From Spirochaetota bacterium (GTDB lineage Bacteria; Spirochaetota; UBA4802; JAFGDQ01), in NCBI GenBank assembly GCA_043803405.1, contig JAZDKB010000044.1:14742-78741 (forward strand): a stretch of DNA of 64,000 bases. Direction: 5' to 3'. This document shows positions 1 through 9,935 of the stretch, piece after piece. Under the pieces are notes generated by a model. It saw nothing but the letters and a program-made list of their open reading frames with translations, was not told the DNA's origin and ran no database searches. Position 1 is the first letter of the stretch, and the number at the start of each line of letters is the position of its first letter. A program made the position numbers and the translations under genes.

Positions 1-138
1 ATAAAGTCTATGATAGTTTATATCCTGCTGTTAAATTAAGTAATAAATAATTATTAGTCAAGTCCAAAAATATCTTTTGAATATGCACCGTCCGAATCGT
101 TTTAAAAAAACTTTAGCTTCTCCCGCGCCCGTAAAAGC

Positions 139-166
139 AAAACCGGCGGGGTAGGCCCGCCGGTTT
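139..166 (-). terminator. Rho-independent terminator after the 560-aa lipoprotein gene
   Basis: Hairpin aaaccggcggg-N5-cccgccggttt followed by a T-rich tract on the minus strand, ~75 bp past the stop. Confidence 0.75.
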
Positions 167-239
167 GTGTTATTGTCTATGTCTCATAGACCTGATTAGC
201 AAATTTAAGTTTAAATAAAGATTAACCGGTAAACCCGCA

Positions 240-1922
240 TTACTTGCTTACCCAGAATTTAAATACTCCGCGGGAATTATTTAGAACAGAGCCTCCGGTT
301 GCTTTCTCACAAGCAAAAAATCTTGGATTGCCATTTGTTATTTGACACCACTTTGCCGACGTTCCGCCGCTTGTTTTGGTCTGTATTACAAGATTATCTG
401 TACCATTATAATAAAACGGAGTGCTAAGCGGGATCTCAATCCAGTCGCCTCCCAGCAGATTAGCAGATAAATTAAACGTATTATTGAAAACAGTAGTTCC
501 TCCAGCCACATTAGTTGCATCATCAGCCACAAGGGAATTTTGTGTTGTATGCGCAAGAATTACAGTAAAGTCCGGATATGCAATAGGAACAGAACCGCTC
601 GAAGAAGATAACCGGAATGCGAGCCTGGTTATAGAACCTGATGTTCCTAGTTCTGCAGCGCGTAAAATAAACTGGTATCCTCCGGATGAGTTACCGAAGA
701 CAGTAGCGTCTCCGTCATACTTATCGATCACGTCCATTGTCCCGCCATAGAAGCGAAATACTGGTTCAAATCCTCTATCCATGAGTGAACCATTTGTCGC
801 ATTAAGAGTAGCCGCTAAAAGCGTGCGGTCTGTCGAGATGTCTTCATAATCAACAGCATAACTTGCAGAACTTGTGCATGATATATCTATAAGCAAGTTG
901 CTTGTACCGTCATAGGTAAAGCTTCCGATATTAAACGGTATCCATACTGCAGAAGTACTTCCAGCCGGAATATGATATGCAAGATTCTGTGTTACGGTTA
1001 CAGGAGTAACTCCGCCATAATTAACCGAAAATTGATTGCTTGTCAGTGTAGTTGTGCTTGATGGCAAATGTGCAATCTTTACACTCAGTTCCGTAATATC
1101 CGATGAAGCAGTTGTAGTACTGGGTCTGATTGCCATACCGGTTATCATGCCAGATCCATTAATATCAGAAGCTAAAATCAGCATCTGTGTACGGCCTGTC
1201 TCTCCTGGAGCTATACTATTCCCGTTATCACCATCAGAATCCGCGCAGATTATATTGTTATCCCCGCCAGCGAATGTAAATTTAGCGTTATGAACCCATT
1301 TTTCAACAGATCCAGTTGTGTTGCCTGATGTATATGACCAGAGTGTCGAGTCGTCAACCAAACCCCCTTGAATTCCGTCATAAACATCCCCTGAGCAGGC
1401 TGCAGTCCTTTCGAACTCAACAATTAAATTATCCACTCCGTTATAATCGAACGGAGTTGTAAACGTGATATTATGCCATGTGCCTGCCGCATCTGCAGGA
1501 AATGTCACAGTTCCATTCGATAAGACAGTTGTTTGTCCTCCCTTCCCATTCGAAACATTATTAGCGAATGTGTCTGTAACAGCCGAAAGGCTGGTATGGC
1601 CTAATTTAATCGTAAGGTTGGTACAGGTTACATTTGTTCCCAATCCTGTATGATATTGAATCGCAATACCTGTGATCTTTCCCGAAGCATTTATTGCGCT
1701 GTTTGTACTGCCGCTTGCCTTATACAGACTTTGCCAGTGAGCATAAACACTAGATTGATTAAATGAACCTGCATAGTTGCTGCTAACATTACTGGCTATT
1801 TTCGTAAACGTCCCAGCGGGCGTGGCACCCGGACCGCTGTCGCTGCTGCTCCCGCCGCCGCAGGCTGTAAAAAGAAACGCTGTAGCGAGCGTAATTGCAA
1901 AAAGTTTAAATAATTTGTTCAT
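240..1922 (-). CDS. Lipoprotein with three tandem beta-rich repeat domains (putative surface/adhesin protein)
   Basis: Lipobox FTAC then a G/S linker; three copies of Q..(Y/I/L).AS/AA....SG.IT..A and W..I....(P/S)F.Y(N/D)G..NL(I/L/V); RBS ggagg. Confidence 0.75.
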   Translation of the reverse strand: MNKLFKLFAITLATAFLFTACGGGSSSDSGPGATPAGTFTKIASNVSSNYAGSFNQSSVYAHWQSLYKASGSTNSAINASGKITGIAIQYHTGLGTNVTCTNLTIKLGHTSLSAVTDTFANNVSNGKGGQTTVLSNGTVTFPADAAGTWHNITFTTPFDYNGVDNLIVEFERTAACSGDVYDGIQGGLVDDSTLWSYTSGNTTGSVEKWVHNAKFTFAGGDNNIICADSDGDNGNSIAPGETGRTQMLILASDINGSGMITGMAIRPSTTTASSDITELSVKIAHLPSSTTTLTSNQFSVNYGGVTPVTVTQNLAYHIPAGSTSAVWIPFNIGSFTYDGTSNLLIDISCTSSASYAVDYEDISTDRTLLAATLNATNGSLMDRGFEPVFRFYGGTMDVIDKYDGDATVFGNSSGGYQFILRAAELGTSGSITRLAFRLSSSSGSVPIAYPDFTVILAHTTQNSLVADDATNVAGGTTVFNNTFNLSANLLGGDWIEIPLSTPFYYNGTDNLVIQTKTSGGTSAKWCQITNGNPRFFACEKATGGSVLNNSRGVFKFWVSK

Positions 1923-2055
1923 ATATCCTCCTGAATTTTCTTAAAAAAAATATTTTATTATACCATGGAGCACTATTGCTATAAGACCGTGTGAATTAAA
2001 AGCGCAAGTCTCTACACTGACCGCCCATACGGTACCTATGCTATTCGCAAAATTC

Positions 2056-4302
2056 CTATTGAACCTTTGTAAAAACGTTTTTATTGTTGTCTTTGCCGCA
2101 TGTTCCGTTTCCAAGCTGGCCATAGTAATTATATCCCCAAGTCGATATTGTTCCATTCGACTTTAGTGCAGCCGTATGCTCAAAATATCCTCCGGACACA
2201 TATCCCCAGTTTGTATCTGTTCCAATCCGTACGGGTACGTTCCGGCTTACATTCGTTCCATCACCGACCTGGCCATGTTCGTTATAACCCCACATATAGA
2301 GAGCGCCGCTGGTTTTTATGGCGATGCTGTGGCCATAACCTCCTGACACATAAAGCCAGTCTGTATCAGACCCGATCTGTACAGGCGCGTCTTTTGGGGA
2401 ATACGATCCATCCCCATGCTGGCCATAGAAGTTAGCGCCCCATGCATATAGTGTGCCGTTTGTCTTTACGGCAAGCGTATGATAAGATCCTGCGTATATA
2501 GCTGCCCAGTTAGTATCTGCGCCTATATGTACAGGCACGTTCTTGTTGGCAGTATCCGGTCCGTCTCCAAGCTGACCATAGGCGTCCCATCCCCATGCCC
2601 AGAGACTACCGTCGGTTTTAATAGCAACAGTATGATTACCCCCGGCACACACGGATCTCCAGTCAGCAGAACCAATCTGTACAGGCGTATTCCTGTTGGA
2701 ATTCAACCCATCCCCAAGCTGGCCGTACTGATTATATCCCCATGCCCAGAGCGTATTACCGGCTTTTATTGCCGTACTATGGAATTGTCCGGCAGAAACG
2801 GATGCCCAGTCGGTACCGGAACCTATCTTTACAGGCATCATCCCGATGGAGTCTGTTCCGTTACCAAGTTGACCGTACGAGCCATAACCCCACGCATAAA
2901 GCGTACCGTCGGTCTTTAAGGCAAGTGTATGATAATATCCCGCAGATACAGATTTCCAGTTTGCATCAGTCCCTATCTTAACAGGTGTTTTTTTATCCAC
3001 CCATGTCCCATCCCCTAATTGAGCCCATCCGCCATTACCCCATGTATAAAGTGTATGATTGGTTTTTATGGCAACAGTATGTATAGCTCCCGCAGATATA
3101 CCTGCCCAGTCACTATCCGAAATTTGATTTGGTATATTCTTATCATTGTCCCTGCCGGATATCCCGATTCCAAGTTGACCGTCATAATTATCTCCGCTAG
3201 CCCATATAGTGCCGTTTGTTTTAAGTGCCTCTGTGAATGTTGATCCTGCAGAAGCTGCTGCCCAGTCAGTATCCGTGCCTATCTGAACCGGTATGTTCGT
3301 CATGTAATTATCTATTCCATTCCCAAATTGACCGGAATAACCATCTCCGCATCCCCAGAGCGCTCCGCTGGTCTTTACAACAACCGTAAAATATTCTCCA
3401 CAGTCCGCTGATTTCCAGTCTGTTTCCGAACCAATGTGAACAGGAACACTTTTATTATTGTAAGTTCCATCTCCCAACTGTCCGCTCCCGTTATAACCCC
3501 ACGCGTAGAGCGTCCCGCCGGTCTTTATAGCAATTGTATGATATGCGCCGCCTGAAACAAATGCCCAGTCAGTATCCGTACCTATTTGTACTGGCGCATT
3601 CTTTTCTGTCCCTGTTCCGGATTCATTGTTTCCAAGCTGGCCGTATTCATTATATCCCCACGCGTAAAGAGCTCCGCCGGTCTTTATTGCAATTGTATGA
3701 TATGCGCCGCCTGAAACAAATGCCCAGTCAGTATCCGTACCTATCTGTACAGGCGCGTTCTTGCTGGTATTATCCGGTCCGTCCCCAAGCTGACCATATG
3801 CGTCATATCCCCACGCGTAAAGAGCTCCGCCGGTCTTTACTGCGACAGTGTGATAGTCTCCGGTGGACACGGAAGCCCAGTCTGTATCTGAACCAATCTG
3901 TACAGGTTCAGATTTGGCCTCCCATGTACCATCGCCCAATTGCCCGGATCCATTGTCTCCCCATGCCCAGAGGGTCCCGTCTGTCTTTAAAGCAATTGTA
4001 TGTCCTCCGCCTGTAGAAACATATTTCCAGTCAGTAGCTGACCCGACTTTAACCGGACTTTTTTTAAGAACATTCGTTCCATCTCCCACCTGACCATATC
4101 TATTACTCCCCCATGCATACATACTCCCGTTCGCGTCAATCGCCGCGCAATGATTTCTTCCGGCAGATACGAATGCCCAAACCGTCGATGTGCTTCCGCT
4201 TCCTCCGCTGCTCTTGCTGCTATCGCCTCCGCAGGCGCATACGATAAAAATAAGCAGCTCAACAAGCAGAACTATACCTACTGATTTAAAAATATTTTTC
4301 AT
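2056..4302 (-). CDS. RCC1/BLIP-II repeat lipoprotein, 14 repeats (double 7-bladed propeller)
   Basis: 14 copies of HT.A.K..G.L(Y/W)AWG.N.YGQLGDG....P..IG...DW; lipobox VCAC; start moved to ATG 4302 behind ggaggatat. Confidence 0.9.
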   Translation of the reverse strand: MKNIFKSVGIVLLVELLIFIVCACGGDSSKSSGGSGSTSTVWAFVSAGRNHCAAIDANGSMYAWGSNRYGQVGDGTNVLKKSPVKVGSATDWKYVSTGGGHTIALKTDGTLWAWGDNGSGQLGDGTWEAKSEPVQIGSDTDWASVSTGDYHTVAVKTGGALYAWGYDAYGQLGDGPDNTSKNAPVQIGTDTDWAFVSGGAYHTIAIKTGGALYAWGYNEYGQLGNNESGTGTEKNAPVQIGTDTDWAFVSGGAYHTIAIKTGGTLYAWGYNGSGQLGDGTYNNKSVPVHIGSETDWKSADCGEYFTVVVKTSGALWGCGDGYSGQFGNGIDNYMTNIPVQIGTDTDWAAASAGSTFTEALKTNGTIWASGDNYDGQLGIGISGRDNDKNIPNQISDSDWAGISAGAIHTVAIKTNHTLYTWGNGGWAQLGDGTWVDKKTPVKIGTDANWKSVSAGYYHTLALKTDGTLYAWGYGSYGQLGNGTDSIGMMPVKIGSGTDWASVSAGQFHSTAIKAGNTLWAWGYNQYGQLGDGLNSNRNTPVQIGSADWRSVCAGGNHTVAIKTDGSLWAWGWDAYGQLGDGPDTANKNVPVHIGADTNWAAIYAGSYHTLAVKTNGTLYAWGANFYGQHGDGSYSPKDAPVQIGSDTDWLYVSGGYGHSIAIKTSGALYMWGYNEHGQVGDGTNVSRNVPVRIGTDTNWGYVSGGYFEHTAALKSNGTISTWGYNYYGQLGNGTCGKDNNKNVFTKVQ

Positions 4303-4330
4303 ATATCCTCCCGGATTTATTTTAAATTTT

Positions 4331-4400
4331 GACTTGTTGCAATTAGAAAGTGTCATTTTTCGTCGCTATACTCCTCGAAATGATAGTTTTGCAACAAATC
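4331..4400. repeat. Internally deleted copy of the MITE/REP-like element at 60070-60192
   Basis: gacttgttgc...aaagtgtcattt[del]tcgtcgcta..ctcctcgaaatga.agtt..g.aacaa.tc matches both ends of the 60 kb element. Confidence 0.75.
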
Positions 4401-4430
4401 AATCATCTATTTATTATACCCGAAAAAGGC

Positions 4431-4470
4431 GGACGCTTCGCAGGGGCAGCAATCCCCTGCGAAAACGTCC
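4431..4470. repeat. Strong GC-rich hairpin in the leader of the RCC1 gene
   Basis: ggacg.ttcgcagggg-N7-cccctgcgaa..cgtcc. Confidence 0.6.
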
Positions 4471-4661
4471 TATGCATCATCAAAAAATTAAATTTAGGGT
4501 AAAATCTTCTTTAATATCAGATAATAATTATGTTTAAACTGCCGCGCCTGCGACCTAGTAACGGAAGCCTGCGCAGCAGCCTGCTTTGCAGCAGATTATT
4601 TTTGTGTATCATACAAAAATATTAAACAAATGCAAAGATGGCGATTTTTTTCACTATCCTT

Positions 4662-4705
4662 AATATATAAGTTCAATTTTTAGCCGAATCGTCACAAAAA
4701 AAATG
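4662..4705 (-). promoter_or_regulatory. Left arm of a 44-bp perfect inverted repeat; candidate ECF promoter for the RCC1 operon
   Basis: Exact reverse complement of 4824-4867; contains TGTGACGATT-N12-GAACTTA reading toward the RCC1 gene. Confidence 0.65.
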
Positions 4706-4823
4706 TGTTTTGGGTTTATAATGAATGCTATACGGAGTGTAATTAACGGTATATGAAGGAATTATTTTATGATTGCAATTTTTTGTTACTCATCTCTCAT
4801 ATAAATAATTTTATGAAAAGAGT

Positions 4824-4867
4824 CATTTTTTTTGTGACGATTCGGCTAAAAATTGAACTTATATATT
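4824..4867 (+). promoter_or_regulatory. Right arm of the 44-bp inverted repeat; candidate ECF promoter for the FecR-like operon
   Basis: tgtgacgatt cggctaaaaatt gaactta; same motif and spacing upstream of the ECF sigma gene. Confidence 0.65.
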
Positions 4868-4895
4868 GGATAAGAAAGAGAGGTCTTACCATTTG

Positions 4896-4933
4896 ACCGC
4901 AGAGGCGCAGGTTAATTTTTGCGTCTCTGCGGT
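4896..4933. repeat. REP-like hairpin in the leader of the FecR-like gene
   Basis: accgcagaggcgca-N10-tgcgtctctgcggt. Confidence 0.6.
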
Positions 4934-4961
4934 TACTCTTTACTTTACCAGGGAAGGAAAT

Positions 4962-5864
4962 ATGAAAAAAATAAATTGTATGATATTTGCCTTTATTATC
5001 ATTCTGTTTATTTTTAACGGCTGCGCTTTTAAGGCAAGCGAAGACGCCAGGATAATATTTATAATGGAAGGTGGTGAAATTACTCACAGCGACGGCAAAA
5101 AAGAGCCTGCTGCGCTTAAAATGCTTGTGCGGAAGGGCGATACAATAAAAACCGGCTCCGGATTTATCATGCTTCAGATAGGGGACGACATACTTACAAG
5201 AATAGAGCCCAACTCGACAGTGCAAATGGCAAAGCTATTTGAAGGCGAAGAGACAAGGCTTGCGCTCGACGACGGCCAGATTATATCGCGCATTAAAAAG
5301 CTGAGAAGGAATTCCTTTATTATAAAAACGCCGACAGCAACGGCTTCGGTAAGGGGCACGCAGTACAGCGTGTCGTATTACAAAAACCGCTCCGTGCTTG
5401 CAGTGAAAGAGGGCAGGGTACAGATTGACATTAAAGAGAAGAGCGGAGAAAAGCAGAAAATGGTTGAAGCCGGAAATACGATGGTCATTAACAAGGACCA
5501 GATGAGGAGCATTAATGAGTTTGAAGCTCTTGAAATAGATAAGCTTTCGCAGATTCCTTACAGCACTGAAAGAGAGCTTAAAGGAGATGACGCGTACAAG
5601 GATGTAGCCAGAATAGCTGAAGAGCAGGAACAGATGCTCTATAAAGAAATAGTAGCCAAAGGCGGCCCGATACCTAAAACGCACCGCGAAATGCTGAAAA
5701 AATTCGGGTACATTAATAGGGTGAATCTTTACAACAACAAGTATTATACAGGCATAATAATTTCGCGCGGCAGAGACGTGCTTATAATGACTCTCGACGG
5801 GATCGAATCAGTTCCAGCGAAGCAGATAAGGAACGTTAAACGCGCAAGGAATGTAGAGGAATAA
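4962..5864 (+). CDS. FecR-domain lipoprotein (LipL45-like) with a small C-terminal beta domain
   Basis: Lipobox FNGC; FecR motifs GDTIKTG, IEPNS, IKTPTATASVRGT, VKEGRV; start at ATG 4962 behind ggaagga. Confidence 0.85.
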   Translation: MKKINCMIFAFIIILFIFNGCAFKASEDARIIFIMEGGEITHSDGKKEPAALKMLVRKGDTIKTGSGFIMLQIGDDILTRIEPNSTVQMAKLFEGEETRLALDDGQIISRIKKLRRNSFIIKTPTATASVRGTQYSVSYYKNRSVLAVKEGRVQIDIKEKSGEKQKMVEAGNTMVINKDQMRSINEFEALEIDKLSQIPYSTERELKGDDAYKDVARIAEEQEQMLYKEIVAKGGPIPKTHREMLKKFGYINRVNLYNNKYYTGIIISRGRDVLIMTLDGIESVPAKQIRNVKRARNVEE

Positions 5865-5875
5865 AAAAAACCATA

Positions 5876-6002
5876 TCCCCCTTCCGGGCATAACCCCTTT
5901 CCGGCCTTCGGCCGGTTTTCCCCCTTAACAGGGGGAATAACCTGTGCAGCATAGGTTATTCCCCCTGTTAAGGGGGAGATGTCGCGTAGCGACAGAGGGG
6001 GT
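5876..6002. repeat. Intergenic REP-like palindromic element
   Basis: 25-bp perfect inverted repeat tcccccttaacagggggaataacct / aggttattccccctgttaaggggga (5919-5977) with small flanking hairpins. Confidence 0.75.
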
Positions 6003-6053
6003 TTTAAAGAGCACGGGTTAGGAGGGTAATGTTACAACACAAAAAGAGGCGTT

Positions 6054-7475
6054 ATGAAAAAACAAACAAAGATCTCTCTCTTGATTTTTTTCTTCTTTAT
6101 CATGGCAAACACAGCTTTTGCAGAATACGTGTTTTTACGGGACGGTTCAATCGTTAAATGCAAAATCGAAAGTGAGACTGCGGCAACTATTACTGCGCGG
6201 CTTGCGGACGGCAAACAAATGACGATCAGCCCTAAAAACGTTATACGTATTCTATACACAGAGCTTTACATGGGTAAGATATTTATAAATAAAACCGATG
6301 GAACAGTAATAGAAGCATACATGGTAGATGAGGATCAGACTACTTATACATTGAGAAAAGAACTGTACAAGCCGCAGGAATTTATAATTAAGCGCGACGA
6401 AGTTCTTTTTACTACGCGCAAAAATCCTTCGGGACTTATCGGGAAAGCAAAGGATGACAGAATTGAAATTACATGGAAAGCCCCGTATACTCCTGTTAAT
6501 AATTATAAAGTTTATTTTAGAAGCACCGGCGAGTTCAAGCTTCATGGTACAACAGGAAGCACAAGCTATACTTTAAAAGGGCTGCGCGGCAGCACTCATT
6601 ACACTATTAAAGTTACAGCGATCGACAAACAGGGAGATGAGTCGCTGCCTACAAATGAATTTAAGATTAAGACAGAGAACAAGCCTCCGGATTCGCCCGG
6701 TTACGTTAGAGCGTCTGTTAAACCCGATAAAAGCGGCCAGAAAATGACTGCGAAGATTACATGGAAGGCAGCCTTTGACGCGGACGGATCTATTACCGGC
6801 TACCGTATATACAGATCGGATGTTAAGGGCTATACACAGGTTGGCGAGACGAACAAAAATACGTACGAAATAAAAAATCTTGATGCAGATAAAAGCTATC
6901 GCTATGCAGTGCGGTCAATTGATGACAAGAACCTCGAATCGGAAAACAGCAGGCTGGTTGCGGCAACGCTTCTCAAGGGATACGAAGCCGGAGTGGAGTT
7001 CAGCTACATTAAGCCATTCGGTGATTTTAAGAAGATAAACGAATCCGGGTTCGGGGGGCTCGTCAGCTTCTCAAAGACTGACGCGCTGTTTTACGATATG
7101 GTTATCGGGCTTGCGGTCGGTTACTGGAAGTTCAGCGGAGCAACCGACGTAGACTCGTCGTACATGATTCCCTTAATGGCAACAGCGACGTACAGATACG
7201 AAGCGTTCGATTCGTTCTTTATCGCGCCCAGAGTGGCGCTCGGGATGAGCTACAACAGTGTAAGCTACTACTGGGAATCCCCGTCCTTTACAGGCACAAA
7301 AGAGAAAAAATCCAGAAGCGGTATTGAGCCAATTGTAATGGCAGGATTATCTTTTAATTATGAGTTCGCAGATTACTGGACAGTCGGTCTGGGGGCGAAC
7401 TACGGCTTTGTTTATGAGACAGACGGGCTAATGAACTTTGTAACCGGCAGCCTTACTGCTGCAAGAAAATTTTAG
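6054..7475 (+). CDS. Secreted protein: two LA_0442/LA_0875-like N-terminal domains, two fibronectin type III domains, C-terminal outer-membrane beta-barrel
   Basis: Signal peptide ending AFA; EYVFLRDGSIVKCKI; FN3 motifs (ITWKA..YKVY..LRGSTHYTIKVTAID..ES); ~170-aa amphipathic beta C-terminus ending ARKF. Confidence 0.8.
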   Translation: MKKQTKISLLIFFFFIMANTAFAEYVFLRDGSIVKCKIESETAATITARLADGKQMTISPKNVIRILYTELYMGKIFINKTDGTVIEAYMVDEDQTTYTLRKELYKPQEFIIKRDEVLFTTRKNPSGLIGKAKDDRIEITWKAPYTPVNNYKVYFRSTGEFKLHGTTGSTSYTLKGLRGSTHYTIKVTAIDKQGDESLPTNEFKIKTENKPPDSPGYVRASVKPDKSGQKMTAKITWKAAFDADGSITGYRIYRSDVKGYTQVGETNKNTYEIKNLDADKSYRYAVRSIDDKNLESENSRLVAATLLKGYEAGVEFSYIKPFGDFKKINESGFGGLVSFSKTDALFYDMVIGLAVGYWKFSGATDVDSSYMIPLMATATYRYEAFDSFFIAPRVALGMSYNSVSYYWESPSFTGTKEKKSRSGIEPIVMAGLSFNYEFADYWTVGLGANYGFVYETDGLMNFVTGSLTAARKF

Positions 7476-7498
7476 TTCGAACTATCGAGAGAGAATTC

Positions 7499-8614
7499 AT
7501 GAAAACATTATTTAAGATATTGATGGCTTTGTTTGCTTTGACATTTGCAGGCTGTGGAGACACATATAACGATGTACTTAATGATCTGGAAGAAGAGTAT
7601 AAATATTTCCTCGCAATATTTAATTCCCCTAATGCCGGTGGCAGATATATTTCAACTTTTTCGTTAAATTCAGATGGAGCCTTGAGTCCGGCATTTGAAT
7701 CAACAGATTATTCAGCTGCAGGCACATACCCGGACGCACATCCAAATGGGAAATATTTATATGGTCTAATTTCAGATACAGCAAAGTTAAACGTATATAC
7801 TGTCAGCGATGAAGGAATCTTGAGTTTGTCTTCAACCGCAGATACCGGTACATATCCTTATGTAGTAAAAGTACACCCATCCGGTAAATATGTGTATGTT
7901 TCTAACAGCAGCGGTTATTCCATATCAATGTACATAGTTAATGCTGATGGAACATTGACAAGCAATGGAACACTTTCTATAGGAAGTCCTTACAGACCGC
8001 GTAGAATGTCGTTTCATCCTTCAGGAAATTATCTCTATGTTGCAATTATATATCCTACCTGGAACGCAAGTTATTTTTCGTCGTTCAGTGTGAATAATGA
8101 TGGGACTTTAACTCCAGTCGAATCACTAGTGGAAGTAATTACTGGTACTCCTTCAATAACCACATTTGATATTGCAGTACATCCTAACGGACAGTTCCTC
8201 TATGTGACACAAAGCAATGCGGATATTTATAAATATAAGATTGAGAATGATGGAACTACCAGCGCCAAATTAAATGCAGGGAGTTCCGGGAGCAGCAATG
8301 TTAGTTTAGCTATTCATCCTAATGGAAATTATTTATATGCTATTGGTTATAATATTTTGACAAACTACCAGATCAATCAAACAGATGGTACTTTATCATC
8401 TATTAGTGGCTTCATTGCTACTGGTGAAAATGAAGCTGTCGTTCATCCAAATGGCAAGTATCTTTACAAAACAGATTACAGCAACAGTGCCATTCAGTGC
8501 TACACAATAAACGGGAATGGTTCAATTGATAATTCAAATATGATTAGTTATCAAATAACCGATTATATCTATTACCCTTCTCACCTTGTCCTGTTCAGAA
8601 AGAAAAGCGGTTAA
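7499..8614 (+). CDS. Lactonase/YVTN-like 7-bladed beta-propeller lipoprotein
   Basis: Lipobox FAGC; repeated HP(N/S)G(K/N/Q)(Y/F)LYV and Y.(I/V)N.DGTL blades. Confidence 0.85.
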   Translation: MKTLFKILMALFALTFAGCGDTYNDVLNDLEEEYKYFLAIFNSPNAGGRYISTFSLNSDGALSPAFESTDYSAAGTYPDAHPNGKYLYGLISDTAKLNVYTVSDEGILSLSSTADTGTYPYVVKVHPSGKYVYVSNSSGYSISMYIVNADGTLTSNGTLSIGSPYRPRRMSFHPSGNYLYVAIIYPTWNASYFSSFSVNNDGTLTPVESLVEVITGTPSITTFDIAVHPNGQFLYVTQSNADIYKYKIENDGTTSAKLNAGSSGSSNVSLAIHPNGNYLYAIGYNILTNYQINQTDGTLSSISGFIATGENEAVVHPNGKYLYKTDYSNSAIQCYTINGNGSIDNSNMISYQITDYIYYPSHLVLFRKKSG

Positions 8615-8636
8615 ATTTTTCAATTAAAGAGCATTT

Positions 8637-9935
8637 ATGAAAACACTCATCAAAACAACAATATTGCTATTAGGTATAAGTTTCAGCAGCTGCTGGAACA
8701 TGTTCAACGATACGATAGATGATCTTGGGAAAACTGTTTCACCTGAAAGCATTACTGCCTTTTCAATAGAAGAACCAACCAGCGGTGTACCGGTTAACGG
8801 AATTATTAGCGGAGTGAATATAACAGTATCGCTTCCGGAGGGAGTATCACTTACTAATTTAATTGCGACATTTACCCATACAGGAACGGAACTAAGAATA
8901 GGAAGCACCGTACAGGTAAGCGGTGTAACAGCTAATAATTTTGCGACTTCCCAGTTATACATATTATATGATTCGAATGGTCTAACCAAAAATTATATGG
9001 TCAATGTCCGTACTAAAAGCTGGACAGCAAAAACAAGCGGGTTGCCTGTAAGCGGTACAGAATGGTCGTCAATTACTTCTTCATCCGACGGTAATAGACT
9101 GGCAGCAGCGATATCCAGTTATGGAGATGGCATATATGTATCTGCAAACGGAGGTACAGATTGGACACATTTAACTACTATAAGCGGAGTATCACGCTCT
9201 ATTGCTTCGTTGGCTGACGGAACATGTCTTTCAATCGCAGCAGGCTGGGGTGATATGGATCCAGACTATGTATATACCTCGCTAGATTCCGGATTATCAT
9301 GGACAACTCATAACGCCGCTGTAGGGGGATCTAACGAATGGTCATCCATTGCGTCATCATCAGACGGCACTTATGTAATTGCAGCACAAAGCAGAAACAC
9401 GGATGGAGACGGCTATATCTATATTGGTGAATATGACGGCGATACCTGGGCATGGGATCAGACTCAACCAGCAATACTAAGCTGGAAAGGCGTTGCTTCA
9501 TCAAGTACCGGATTATATATGGTTGCTGTAGCCGACGGCGGGAATATTTATACTTCTGTCAATGGCGGATCAAACTGGACATCCAGAGAATCGGTGCGGG
9601 CGTGGAGCTCGGTAGCTTCATCATCAAATGGAACAATTCTATATGCAACAGTATATGGCGGTCAAATTTACAGATCAATAAACAGCGGAGTTAACTGGAC
9701 TTCAATAAATGCTTCAAATCAGAACTGGAAGTCTATTGCCTGCTCTAGTGACGGGACTACAGTTGTTGCAGCAGTTGAAGGAGGAACTATTGTATCATCC
9801 ATAAACAGCGGTACGAACTGGATAAGTCATTCAAGTGCCGGCTCACACGACTGGAGGTCAGTAACAATGCCAGCAGATGGAAGCAGATTTGCTGCAGTTG
9901 CTTATAATGAAAGATATGTTTATATTTATGACTAA
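8637..9935 (+). CDS. Lipoprotein with an Ig-like domain and a BNR/Asp-box beta-propeller
   Basis: Lipobox FSSC; ITAFSI..ITVSLP.G..LTNLIATF Ig-like part; repeats W.S(I/V)ASSSDG and IY.S.N.G.NWT. Confidence 0.8.
   Translation: MKTLIKTTILLLGISFSSCWNMFNDTIDDLGKTVSPESITAFSIEEPTSGVPVNGIISGVNITVSLPEGVSLTNLIATFTHTGTELRIGSTVQVSGVTANNFATSQLYILYDSNGLTKNYMVNVRTKSWTAKTSGLPVSGTEWSSITSSSDGNRLAAAISSYGDGIYVSANGGTDWTHLTTISGVSRSIASLADGTCLSIAAGWGDMDPDYVYTSLDSGLSWTTHNAAVGGSNEWSSIASSSDGTYVIAAQSRNTDGDGYIYIGEYDGDTWAWDQTQPAILSWKGVASSSTGLYMVAVADGGNIYTSVNGGSNWTSRESVRAWSSVASSSNGTILYATVYGGQIYRSINSGVNWTSINASNQNWKSIACSSDGTTVVAAVEGGTIVSSINSGTNWISHSSAGSHDWRSVTMPADGSRFAAVAYNERYVYIYD

Noticed and set aside
80..110. Fourth copy of the ECF promoter motif (acgattcgg on the minus strand)
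   Set aside because: Upstream half is partial and GAACTTA is absent at the 12-nt spacing
1965..2050. Riboswitch or ncRNA between the two minus-strand lipoprotein genes
   Set aside because: Can fold as an imperfect hairpin but matches no family I recognise; insufficient support
2056..4302. Diversity-generating retroelement template/variable repeat pair
   Set aside because: Repeats are in-frame protein blades with no evident adenine-specific mismatch pattern, and there is no reverse transcriptase
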